Source: Escherichia coli
Lineage (GTDB): Bacteria > Pseudomonadota > Gammaproteobacteria > Enterobacterales > Enterobacteriaceae
Strand: one strand, 5' to 3'
Length of the DNA stretch: 64,000 bases
Assembly (NCBI RefSeq): GCF_048403405.1
Contig: NZ_CP183129.1
Positions 55,163 through 64,000 of this stretch are shown one piece after another (the first letter of the stretch is position 1; every line of letters starts with the position of its first letter). Under the pieces are notes generated by a model that worked only from the letters and a program-made list of their open reading frames with translations, did not search any database and was not told the origin of the DNA. The position numbers and the translations under genes were made by a program.

Positions 55163-56985
55163 ACAGTCTGATTTCCCTGCGGATTGATCGGTAAAATAAG
55201 CGTGAAGGTTGCGCCGTAGCCCGGCAAACTGGCGACGCGAATATCACCCTGATGGGCATTAATGATGCGTTGACTTAACGCCAGACCAAGCCCGGTTCCA
55301 GAGGCTTTGGTGGTGAAAAAGGGATCGAAGATCTTTTTTTGCAGCGAGAGATCAATGCCACAGCCGTTGTCCTCTATCGAAATGGCCTGTTGTGAGTCGC
55401 TGTATTGCCAGGTTTGAATGCGAATTTTCCCTCGTGCGCTGATAGCCTGGACGGCATTGATCAGGATATTCAGTAGTACCTGTTTGAGCAGTTCACGATC
55501 GGCGTTAATCGGGTTTAATTCATTATCCAGTTCGCTTATGAAGTCGACCCGCGCTTGTACGCCGGCGGTTTGTACCAGTACCAGAGTTTCTTCAACCAAT
55601 GCATTGAGACTGACTTGTTGCCATTGACTGTGGCGTGGACGTGAAAATTCGAGCAATTGCTGAATAACTTTGTTAATTGAATCGATTTCTTTGAGTACTA
55701 CGGACAGATATTCCTGATGTATTAGGTCGCTGGTTTGTTGGCGCAAGATCTGTACATAACCACGAATAGCCGTTAGCGGATTACGTACTTCATGCGCGAC
55801 GCCAGCCATCAGCTCACCCAGTGTGGCGAGGCGTTCTGCTTGCGCCATGCGGCGCTGGGTTTCTTTGCGGGCAGTTAAATCAGAGAAAATCACCAAAGCA
55901 CCTATCATTTCACCATGCGTGTTATGAATACGACTGGTAGTGACACTGAGTTCAATGGTGCGGTCACGGCCTGGAAAACTGATCTCCAGCGCTACATGTT
56001 CGGTGCCATGTTCCAGCGTATCCAGTACTGGACTGTAGAACTGAGTATTGTCGAACAACATGGAGTAAGGCTGCCCTACCAGTTCATGACGTTGATAGCC
56101 AGTGATGACTTCTGCTGCCGGGTTCATGGTGGTTACATCACCCTGGCGGTCAATGGCAATGACGCCATCGGCAGCGTTTTCAATAATCAGATCGTTAAGT
56201 GTCCGCGTTTCACGCAGTGCCTGGGCGAGGTTGTTAACACTCTGACTGATTTGCCCCATTTCACCGGGCAATTGTGGTAATCGAGTGGGAATATTTTGTG
56301 CCAGAGTCGAGAGGCCATCGGTGATGATATCAATATTGGCGCTCAGGCGACGGGAGAAAAGGACAATCAACAGCAGGCTTATCAGCAAACCGGCGGTGAG
56401 CACAATGATAATCCTCACATCCATTTTCCAGGCCTGGCGGCGAATATCTTCGGTTAATTCATTGGCCCAGATATAGCCGAGGATTTCACCATTACGCTCA
56501 ATGGGGATCATTGAATTCAAAATATCGCCGCGCACCTGCCTGCCTGAATAAACCAAAGGGGTATTTGTACGCATGACTTCGCGACCAGGGTGATCTGCGG
56601 CAATGGTAACGCCGACATTATTCTGATATAGCGCTGAAGGCGCGTAGGTGATTATCGCATCCAGCGTTTTGTTGTAATAACCAGCGCCGATGCCAGGGAA
56701 GGCGTGAGTGATATTTTCGGTAATGGGGGCAAGTTCTGCATTTAATGCGCGGATACGCTCCTCACGTGGTAAGTCGATGTAGAGATCATAGCGATCGCCT
56801 AGTGCCTGATTAAGCAGGTTGACCACGGCAGAAAGTTTTTTCTCTTTTTCAGATAAGACTGCTGAACGTCCTTCCGTTTCTACGATATAACCAATAGTAA
56901 GCGTTGGGACAATGACCATCAGGATTGCCATCAGAATCATTTGATTGCGTAAGCGGCGTGGATAAATCCACTTCATATAATGCAT
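55159..56985 (-). CDS. atoS: sensor histidine kinase AtoS
   Basis: Two TM segments, PAS, H-box HEVRNPLTAIRG and ATPase domain; overlaps atoC start. Confidence 0.85.
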   Translation of the reverse strand: MHYMKWIYPRRLRNQMILMAILMVIVPTLTIGYIVETEGRSAVLSEKEKKLSAVVNLLNQALGDRYDLYIDLPREERIRALNAELAPITENITHAFPGIGAGYYNKTLDAIITYAPSALYQNNVGVTIAADHPGREVMRTNTPLVYSGRQVRGDILNSMIPIERNGEILGYIWANELTEDIRRQAWKMDVRIIIVLTAGLLISLLLIVLFSRRLSANIDIITDGLSTLAQNIPTRLPQLPGEMGQISQSVNNLAQALRETRTLNDLIIENAADGVIAIDRQGDVTTMNPAAEVITGYQRHELVGQPYSMLFDNTQFYSPVLDTLEHGTEHVALEISFPGRDRTIELSVTTSRIHNTHGEMIGALVIFSDLTARKETQRRMAQAERLATLGELMAGVAHEVRNPLTAIRGYVQILRQQTSDLIHQEYLSVVLKEIDSINKVIQQLLEFSRPRHSQWQQVSLNALVEETLVLVQTAGVQARVDFISELDNELNPINADRELLKQVLLNILINAVQAISARGKIRIQTWQYSDSQQAISIEDNGCGIDLSLQKKIFDPFFTTKASGTGLGLALSQRIINAHQGDIRVASLPGYGATFTLILPINPQGNQTV

Positions 56986-57151
56986 GCTGAAATCCACTAG
57001 TCTTGTCCGGTATATGACGATTATCAGAGGTTAAGGTGATGATTTCTCGGCGGTGTATCATATTCCAGAGAAGAGAGAACATTGCGGTAACACGCTTTTA
57101 CCGCTACCTTAACCACACTCCATCGGTCACCTGAGGCGGAGCTTCGCCCCT

Positions 57152-60001
57152 TTGAAATACCTTGCTTCTTTTCGTACAACCCTGAAAGCCTCGCGCTACA
57201 TGTTCAGAGCATTGGCGTTAGTGCTCTGGCTGTTGATTGCTTTTTCATCCGTTTTTTACATCGTTAATGCGTTACATCAGCGAGAATCGGAAATTCGTCA
57301 GGAATTTAATCTGAGTTCCGATCAGGCTCAGCGCTTTATTCAACGTACCTCTGATGTGATGAAAGAGCTGAAGTACATCGCTGAAAATCGCTTATCGGCA
57401 GAAAACGGTGTGCTTTCCCCGCGTGGACGAGAAACGCAGGCGGATGTGCCTGCGTTTGAACCGCTGTTTGCCGACTCCGATTGTTCCGCAATGAGTAACA
57501 CCTGGCGAGGCTCTCTGGAGTCATTGGCGTGGTTTATGCGCTACTGGCGCGATAATTTCTCTGCGGCTTACGATCTCAACCGGGTATTTTTAATCGGCAG
57601 CGATAACCTCTGCATGGCCAATTTCGGTCTGCGTGATATGCCAGTGGAACGCGATACCGCGTTGAAAGCGTTGCATGAACGCATTAATAAATATCGAAAT
57701 GCACCACAAGATGATAGTGGCAGTAACCTCTACTGGATCAGCGAAGGTCCGCGCCCTGGCGTCGGGTATTTTTACGCGTTGACGCCAGTTTATCTGGCGA
57801 ACCGGTTGCAGGCGCTTTTGGGTGTCGAGCAGACTATCCGGATGGAGAATTTTTTCTTACCTGGTACGTTGCCGATGGGGGTTACCATTCTTGATGAAAA
57901 TGGTCATACCCTGATTTCGCTTACCGGACCAGAAAGTAAAATTAAGGGCGATCCTCGCTGGATGCAGGAACGCTCCTGGTTTGGCTATACGGAAGGGTTC
58001 CGGGAGCTGGTGCTGAAGAAAAATCTGCCACCCTCATCGCTAAGCATCGTGTATTCGGTGCCGGTTGATAAGGTGCTGGAACGCATTCGCATGTTGATCC
58101 TTAACGCAATTTTGCTGAATGTGCTTGCCGGAGCTGCATTGTTTACTCTCGCGCGGATGTACGAGCGACGTATTTTCATTCCGGCGGAAAGCGACGCCCT
58201 GCGACTGGAAGAACATGAGCAGTTTAATCGCAAGATTGTCGCCTCCGCGCCAGTGGGTATCTGCATTTTGCGTACCGCTGATGGCGTCAATATTTTAAGT
58301 AACGAACTGGCGCATACCTATCTCAATATGCTTACGCATGAGGATCGCCAACGGCTGACACAAATTATCTGTGGGCAGCAGGTCAATTTTGTTGATGTCC
58401 TGACCAGCAACAATACCAATCTGCAAATCAGCTTCGTCCATTCGCGCTATCGTAATGAAAACGTGGCCATTTGTGTGCTGGTGGATGTTTCTTCGCGCGT
58501 GAAGATGGAAGAGTCGTTGCAGGAGATGGCACAAGCAGCGGAACAGGCGAGCCAGTCAAAATCGATGTTCCTTGCCACCGTCAGTCATGAGCTGCGAACG
58601 CCGCTGTATGGCATTATCGGTAACCTGGATCTGTTGCAAACCAAAGAGTTACCGAAAGGCGTCGATCGTCTGGTGACGGCAATGAACAACTCTTCCAGCC
58701 TGTTGTTGAAAATTATCAGCGATATTCTCGATTTCTCGAAGATTGAATCGGAACAGTTGAAGATCGAACCGCGTGAGTTTTCACCGCGTGAAGTGATGAA
58801 CCACATCACCGCCAACTATTTACCGCTGGTGGTACGCAAGCAGTTAGGCTTGTACTGCTTTATTGAACCGGATGTGCCAGTGGCCTTAAATGGCGACCCG
58901 ATGCGTTTACAGCAGGTCATCTCCAACCTGTTGAGTAACGCCATAAAATTCACCGATACCGGCTGTATAGTTTTGCATGTTCGCACTGATGGCGATTATC
59001 TCTCTATCCGTGTTCGCGATACCGGCGTGGGGATTCCGGCGAAAGAAGTGGTGCGCTTGTTTGATCCCTTCTTCCAGGTCGGAACGGGCGTACAGCGTAA
59101 CTTCCAGGGGACCGGTCTGGGTCTGGCGATTTGTGAAAAACTGATCAGCATGATGGACGGCGATATCTCGGTAGATTCAGAACCGGGAATGGGTAGCCAG
59201 TTTACCGTGCGTATTCCGTTGTACGGCGCTCAGTACCCGCAGAAAAAAGGCGTGGAAGGGTTGAGTGGTAAACGCTGCTGGCTGGCGGTCCGCAATGCGT
59301 CGCTCTGTCAGTTCCTGGAAACCAGTTTGCAGCGCAGCGGCATCGTCGTTACAACATACGAAGGGCAGGAACCGACTCCCGAAGATGTGTTAATTACTGA
59401 CGAGGTAGTGAGTAAAAAATGGCAGGGTAGAGCGGTAGTGACCTTCTGTCGTCGCCATATTGGTATTCCGCTGGAGAAAGCGCCAGGGGAGTGGGTACAC
59501 AGTGTGGCTGCCCCGCATGAGCTACCGGCATTGTTGGCGCGTATTTATTTGATCGAGATGGAGAGCGACGATCCTGCTAACGCTCTGCCGTTAACGGACA
59601 AAGCGGTCAGCGATAACGACGATATGATGATTCTGGTCGTGGATGATCATCCGATTAACCGGCGTCTGCTGGCAGATCAGTTGGGATCGTTGGGCTATCA
59701 ATGTAAAACCGCGAATGATGGCGTCGATGCGCTTAATGTACTTAGCAAGAATCATATTGATATCGTGCTTAGCGACGTCAACATGCCAAATATGGATGGT
59801 TACCGCTTGACGCAACGCATTCGTCAGTTGGGACTGACGTTGCCGGTAATCGGAGTAACTGCTAATGCGTTGGCTGAAGAGAAGCAGCGGTGTCTGGAGT
59901 CTGGTATGGACAGCTGCCTGTCGAAGCCGGTAACGCTGGATGTGATAAAACAGACGCTAACGGTATATGCCGAGAGGGTCAGGAAATCGCGGGATTCGTA
60001 G
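57152..60001 (+). CDS. rcsC: hybrid sensor histidine kinase RcsC
   Basis: 949-aa ORF: H-box SHELRTPLYGI, HATPase domain, C-terminal receiver (DDHPINRRLL...D...K). Confidence 0.9.
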   Translation: MKYLASFRTTLKASRYMFRALALVLWLLIAFSSVFYIVNALHQRESEIRQEFNLSSDQAQRFIQRTSDVMKELKYIAENRLSAENGVLSPRGRETQADVPAFEPLFADSDCSAMSNTWRGSLESLAWFMRYWRDNFSAAYDLNRVFLIGSDNLCMANFGLRDMPVERDTALKALHERINKYRNAPQDDSGSNLYWISEGPRPGVGYFYALTPVYLANRLQALLGVEQTIRMENFFLPGTLPMGVTILDENGHTLISLTGPESKIKGDPRWMQERSWFGYTEGFRELVLKKNLPPSSLSIVYSVPVDKVLERIRMLILNAILLNVLAGAALFTLARMYERRIFIPAESDALRLEEHEQFNRKIVASAPVGICILRTADGVNILSNELAHTYLNMLTHEDRQRLTQIICGQQVNFVDVLTSNNTNLQISFVHSRYRNENVAICVLVDVSSRVKMEESLQEMAQAAEQASQSKSMFLATVSHELRTPLYGIIGNLDLLQTKELPKGVDRLVTAMNNSSSLLLKIISDILDFSKIESEQLKIEPREFSPREVMNHITANYLPLVVRKQLGLYCFIEPDVPVALNGDPMRLQQVISNLLSNAIKFTDTGCIVLHVRTDGDYLSIRVRDTGVGIPAKEVVRLFDPFFQVGTGVQRNFQGTGLGLAICEKLISMMDGDISVDSEPGMGSQFTVRIPLYGAQYPQKKGVEGLSGKRCWLAVRNASLCQFLETSLQRSGIVVTTYEGQEPTPEDVLITDEVVSKKWQGRAVVTFCRRHIGIPLEKAPGEWVHSVAAPHELPALLARIYLIEMESDDPANALPLTDKAVSDNDDMMILVVDDHPINRRLLADQLGSLGYQCKTANDGVDALNVLSKNHIDIVLSDVNMPNMDGYRLTQRIRQLGLTLPVIGVTANALAEEKQRCLESGMDSCLSKPVTLDVIKQTLTVYAERVRKSRDS

Positions 60002-60002
60002 G

Positions 60003-60086
60003 GCGGATAAGGCGTTTACGCCGCATCTGGCATTCAGTGCAAATGCCAGATGCGACGCTGACGCGTCTTATCTGGCCTACAGATGA
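60003..60086. repeat. REP element(s) between convergent rcsC and rcsB
   Basis: ggcggataaggcgtttacgccgcatctggca ... gccagatgcgacgctgacgcgtcttatctggcctac. Confidence 0.6.
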
Positions 60087-60737
60087 TTAGTCTTTATCTG
60101 CCGGACTTAAGGTCACAGAAGAGAGATAATTCAGCAGAGCAATATCGTTCTCGACACCCAGCTTCATCATCGCAGATTTCTTCTGGCTACTGATGGTTTT
60201 AATACTGCGGTTCAGCTTTTTAGCGATCTCGGTCACCAGGAAGCCTTCCGCAAACAGGCGCAGAACTTCACTCTCTTTTGGCGAGAGACGCTTGTCACCG
60301 TAACCACCAGCACTGATTTTTTCCAACAGGCGAGAAACGCTTTCCGGGGTAAATTTCTTCCCTTTCTGCAGCGCGGCGAGAGCTTTCGGCAGATCGGTCG
60401 GTGCACCTTGTTTCAGCACGATCCCTTCGATATCCAGATCCAATACCGCACTAAGAATCGCCGGGTTGTTGTTCATGGTCAGAACGATGATCGACAGGCT
60501 TGGGAAATGGCGCTTGATGTACTTGATTAAGGTAATGCCATCGCCGTACTTATCGCCAGGCATGGAGAGATCGGTAATCAACACATGCGCATCCAGTTTC
60601 GGCAGGTTGTTGATCAGTGCTGTAGAGTCTTCAAATTCGCCGACAACATTCACCCACTCAATTTGCTCAAGTGATTTGCGAATACCGAACAAGACTATCG
60701 GATGGTCATCGGCAATAATTACGTTCATATTGTTCAT
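60087..60737 (-). CDS. rcsB: response regulator RcsB (LuxR/FixJ family)
   Basis: 216-aa ORF from MNNMNVIIADDHPIVLFGIRKSL with C-terminal LuxR-type HTH. Confidence 0.9.
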   Translation of the reverse strand: MNNMNVIIADDHPIVLFGIRKSLEQIEWVNVVGEFEDSTALINNLPKLDAHVLITDLSMPGDKYGDGITLIKYIKRHFPSLSIIVLTMNNNPAILSAVLDLDIEGIVLKQGAPTDLPKALAALQKGKKFTPESVSRLLEKISAGGYGDKRLSPKESEVLRLFAEGFLVTEIAKKLNRSIKTISSQKKSAMMKLGVENDIALLNYLSSVTLSPADKD

Positions 60738-60753
60738 GTAATAGGCTACCTTG

Positions 60754-63426
60754 CTACAGCAAGCTCTTGACATAACTGTCAATGTCGCTGATGTATTTTT
60801 CTATTCCTGGAACATCCTTTTCACGAATCAGATGTTCCAGCGTTTCACATAACTGCTTGCCGGGTACCAGATTTAGCATGGCAAACACGCCTTTAAGACG
60901 ATGAGCCGTTTGGGCTAACGCAGCAAAGTCACTGGTTGCTGCTTCAGTATACAGCCTCTTAACATCATCCGGTACTGTGTCTACAAAGAGCGCATAATAG
61001 CCGCTGGCATGGAGTTGCGCATTTTCATCTCCGCCCAGAGGCGATTCTGTCACCTCTTCCTGCGCCAGTTGCACTTCAATTAATTGTAAGACCGCTTCCT
61101 GCATAGCGTTGCTCATATTGAAGTTGACGCACAATTGACCAGGCCCAATTTCCCGTACGCCAGACTCATCATCGCTTAAAAGCAAGCCAGAGGCAGTAAG
61201 ATTAGACGGATTATCCGTTAAAAAGATATCATAATCTTGACTAATTAATCTTTCATCGGGTGTGATACAGGTTGCACCCCAATTTTCTAACTGGCGAGTG
61301 ACAATATTCCGAATTTCTGCCGAAGTAACATCCACCATTACGCAGACATCATCCAGTAAACGCTCTTCTTCCTCTTCAACTTCCGGGTCAGCTGCGAGCA
61401 TTTTGATATGCACAGAGTAGCGTGTACCAAGCCCATCCCGCGTTTTAATGTTTAAATGACCGCCCAGTTTACGTGCCAGTTGATCGCTCAGCCAGAATGC
61501 CAGCGGGTCCGCCTTGCCATAGCGATCGTTTTGGGTCTGGTTGATAAACGGGAAGTGCAAATTATCCATTTCATGAATGCTTACGCCTTCTCCGGTGTCC
61601 AGAATGCGGAACGTCAGGCGGTCTTCGGAGGACTCATCCTGATCAACCTCAAGGGTGATTTTTCCCAATTGCGTTGAGGTCACGGCATATTGCATCAGTA
61701 GCAGCAAAATGCGTCGTAAGGCATCGCGATCGCCGCGGCGCATATCGTGTGCTTTCAGATGATTGTTAATCAGCAGTTGCAGACCTTTACGCTTGATGGC
61801 AGGCAACACTGAAGGCACAACTTCATCAATTAAATCCTGCACGGAGAACAGCACCGTCTCACTTTTCCAGCTATCATCCGCAAGCATGTTCGCTAACTGT
61901 ATTTCATCGACCAGCCGCACCAGCACATCTGCCTGATTCGCCAGTTGTTTGCTTTCCGGGGCGTTGAGTTTAGCCGCGCTCTCCGCCAGGGACTGTGCAG
62001 GTTCTTTCAGCGCATCGCCAATGTTTTTCATAAAGGTCATCCGCCCCTGCTGGTTTTTCTCATACAGACGCTGCGCCTGCTTGAGTTTCTTGTTTACCAG
62101 CACTTCGCGATCCTGATCGCGAATAATGAAAATTTGTGTGCGCGGCGCGACCTGGCTGCGGAACATGCGGATCTCATACAGCTCGTTATTGATCGTCGCC
62201 TGAATAATCCCCTGATGCTGTTCCGCCATGGTGGTGATGTTTTGCAGATTCAAATGCGGCAGCAAATGATCGGCAATTTTGTTACTTATGACAGTGCGGT
62301 TCGATTCCTGATCGTGAACCAGCAGGCCAAGCGGCAGCAGTGAGACTATCTCTTCATTGATTGCACGTAAAATGCGCAATTCGTTATTGACCGCCGTGCT
62401 GGGGACGTTTTCTGTACTGCGGCTGGAGAAATGGCGGAATGTGGTATAGCCAAATAACGCCAGCGCCAGCAAACCGATATTCAGCAGCAGTGGCAGCAGA
62501 ATGTTTTGCAACGTATCCAGCAGTAAGGTGCCATAAGGAACCTGCCAGACCAGGCGCATATCGGTAGAGTTGAGTGCCGAGGAGATTTCAATCTTCGTAC
62601 TGTTAAAGTGGATACTGACGCTATCCGTCCCTTCTTTCTCATTATCATTGTTTCCCGTTGCCGTCGCGTCTGGCTCAAGGCGGAAACTGTCCAGCGGCAT
62701 GCCCGGTGGGATCAAATCATTAATCGGCAGATCAAAAGCCACGACCGTTGCCAGATGTCCCGGCTGGTTAAAGGTAGTACGCAAGGTAAAGTAATGACCG
62801 TTCTGCCAGGCTAGGCGGCGCATGTTAGAAAAGCTTTCGCGTTCATCGAGGGCGTTGGCCTGTTGCAACATCTCTGCACGACGTGAATCAACAATGTCGC
62901 TGACGGTCGATTCTTTAAATCCGGAGGTGAGATCTTTAAGGGGCAGGGTTGAGATCAGCACCAGGCTGTTATCCTGACCATTCAGGTAATACATCGACCA
63001 CGGTACATTTTCTGCGCCCCACAATGTATCCAGATAAGTGGACATCCGTTGAGTCATCTCAAGCGTTGAGTTGTCGTGAGAGCCAAAGATTAACGCTTCC
63101 GTTTTGCGGCGCGGTTTTTCCAGATAGTAGACATCCTGTTTCAGGCGCGTCTCTTGTAAACCTTCGCCGGAGGAGGGGGAGGTCGTCGCGGCAATGTTGT
63201 CGTAGATCTGCCAGGTCACGTAACGCCAGGTATCGACGCGCTTTTGGATTGCGTGGGTAATGTCGACAATCTGGTAACTTTTATCTTTCAGCCAGGCGTT
63301 AACGGCGCTTTGTACCATTACTCCCATCGTCACCAGTAACACAATGATCAACAGTAAAAAGAAGCGGGTAATGCTCCCCGGTAGGAGTGAAAAGCGGGTC
63401 GTGGCCGTTGTCTCTTTCTGACGCAT
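60754..63426 (-). CDS. rcsD: phosphotransfer intermediate RcsD
   Basis: 890-aa ORF with N-terminal TM/periplasmic region and C-terminal HPt domain; upstream of rcsB. Confidence 0.9.
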   Translation of the reverse strand: MRQKETTATTRFSLLPGSITRFFLLLIIVLLVTMGVMVQSAVNAWLKDKSYQIVDITHAIQKRVDTWRYVTWQIYDNIAATTSPSSGEGLQETRLKQDVYYLEKPRRKTEALIFGSHDNSTLEMTQRMSTYLDTLWGAENVPWSMYYLNGQDNSLVLISTLPLKDLTSGFKESTVSDIVDSRRAEMLQQANALDERESFSNMRRLAWQNGHYFTLRTTFNQPGHLATVVAFDLPINDLIPPGMPLDSFRLEPDATATGNNDNEKEGTDSVSIHFNSTKIEISSALNSTDMRLVWQVPYGTLLLDTLQNILLPLLLNIGLLALALFGYTTFRHFSSRSTENVPSTAVNNELRILRAINEEIVSLLPLGLLVHDQESNRTVISNKIADHLLPHLNLQNITTMAEQHQGIIQATINNELYEIRMFRSQVAPRTQIFIIRDQDREVLVNKKLKQAQRLYEKNQQGRMTFMKNIGDALKEPAQSLAESAAKLNAPESKQLANQADVLVRLVDEIQLANMLADDSWKSETVLFSVQDLIDEVVPSVLPAIKRKGLQLLINNHLKAHDMRRGDRDALRRILLLLMQYAVTSTQLGKITLEVDQDESSEDRLTFRILDTGEGVSIHEMDNLHFPFINQTQNDRYGKADPLAFWLSDQLARKLGGHLNIKTRDGLGTRYSVHIKMLAADPEVEEEEERLLDDVCVMVDVTSAEIRNIVTRQLENWGATCITPDERLISQDYDIFLTDNPSNLTASGLLLSDDESGVREIGPGQLCVNFNMSNAMQEAVLQLIEVQLAQEEVTESPLGGDENAQLHASGYYALFVDTVPDDVKRLYTEAATSDFAALAQTAHRLKGVFAMLNLVPGKQLCETLEHLIREKDVPGIEKYISDIDSYVKSLL

Positions 63427-63737
63427 TCGTGTTTATGACCTGTTAAAACTTCGCGAAGTGATAGGGCAGTATAAAGGGTACAGTGTGAAATTCCAGACTC
63501 TTACCTGATTGATGATTCTCTATTCTCCCGTGATATTTATCATCCTGCATTGGGGGAAATAGATGTACAAGCGCCATTTTGCTGTACAAATAACCTACAA
63601 AAAGCCCAACGAAATTAATTGCAAATAAACGAAGATTGCTGGAAATTATGCTAATGTTAATTATTTGTGAAATAGTTAACAAGCGTTATAGTTTTTCTGT
63701 GGTAGCACAGAATAATGAAAAGTGTGTAAAGAAGGGT

Positions 63738-63830
63738 AAAAAAAACCGGATGCGAGGCATCCGGTTGAAATAGGGGTAAACAGACATTCAGAAATGAATG
63801 ACGGTAATAAATAAAGTTAATGATGATAGC
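63738..63830 (-). ncRNA. micF: MicF small regulatory RNA (antisense regulator of ompF)
   Basis: Minus strand reads GCTATCATCATTAACTTTATTTATTACCGTCATTCATTTCTGAATGTCTGTTTACCCCTATTTCAACCGGATGCCTCGCATCCGGTTTTTTTT with terminal hairpin and U-tract. Confidence 0.85.
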
Positions 63831-63980
63831 GGGAGTTATTCTAGTTGCGAGTGAAGGTTTTGTTTTGACATTCAGTGCTGTCAAATACTTAAGAATAAGT
63901 TATTGATTTTACCCTTGAATTATTATTGCTTGATGTTAGGTGCTTATTTCGCCATTCCGCAATAATCTTAAAAAGTTCCC

Positions 63981-64000
63981 TTGTATTTACATTTTGAAAC
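63981..64000 (+). promoter_or_regulatory. start of ompC promoter OmpR-binding site (TTTACATTTTGAAAC)
   Basis: Window ends in ttgtatttacattttgaaac, matching the remembered start of the ompC C1 OmpR site; ompC itself is outside the window. Confidence 0.5.

Noticed and set aside
63430-63737. Possible additional small RNA or ORF between rcsD and micF
   Set aside because: The region is AT-rich promoter DNA for rcsD; no terminator-like hairpin or RBS-ATG pair was found beyond micF itself.

Overview
This window reads as a contiguous stretch of Escherichia coli-type chromosomal backbone, in reverse orientation to the usual K-12 map, with no foreign island, prophage, integrase or CRISPR array. All gene calls rest on reading the supplied ORF translations and on remembered E. 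coli synteny; no database search or alignment was run. Gene order along the + strand is: menE (3' part), pmrD, the arnFETDACB operon (minus strand), ais, nudI, yfaZ, yfaY, rhmRDTA, ypaA, rpnB (yfaD), glpCBA (minus) diverging from glpTQ, an IS1-disrupted LysR-type regulator gene, an MFS transporter gene, inaA, yfaE-nrdB-nrdA (minus), yfaL autotransporter, ubiG, gyrA, the exported five-gene yfaA-yfaT-yfaS-yfaQ-yfaP module, atoBEAD and atoCS (minus), rcsC, rcsB-rcsD (minus), micF sRNA and the start of the ompC promoter. I did not find a clearly undescribed system. The observations most worth a second look are: (1) gyrA carries the two classic fluoroquinolone-resistance substitutions S83L and D87N; (2) a complete 768-bp IS1 with a perfect 9-bp target-site duplication splits the LysR-type regulator gene; (3) the poorly characterised alpha2-macroglobulin-like yfa module, whose yfaS gene is frameshifted at an A7 homopolymer; (4) rpnB and the downstream ypaA share a duplicated SD-ATG tail, consistent with an intragenic small-protein arrangement. 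Gene starts that differ from the ORF track were chosen from remembered K-12 protein N-termini and are approximate.
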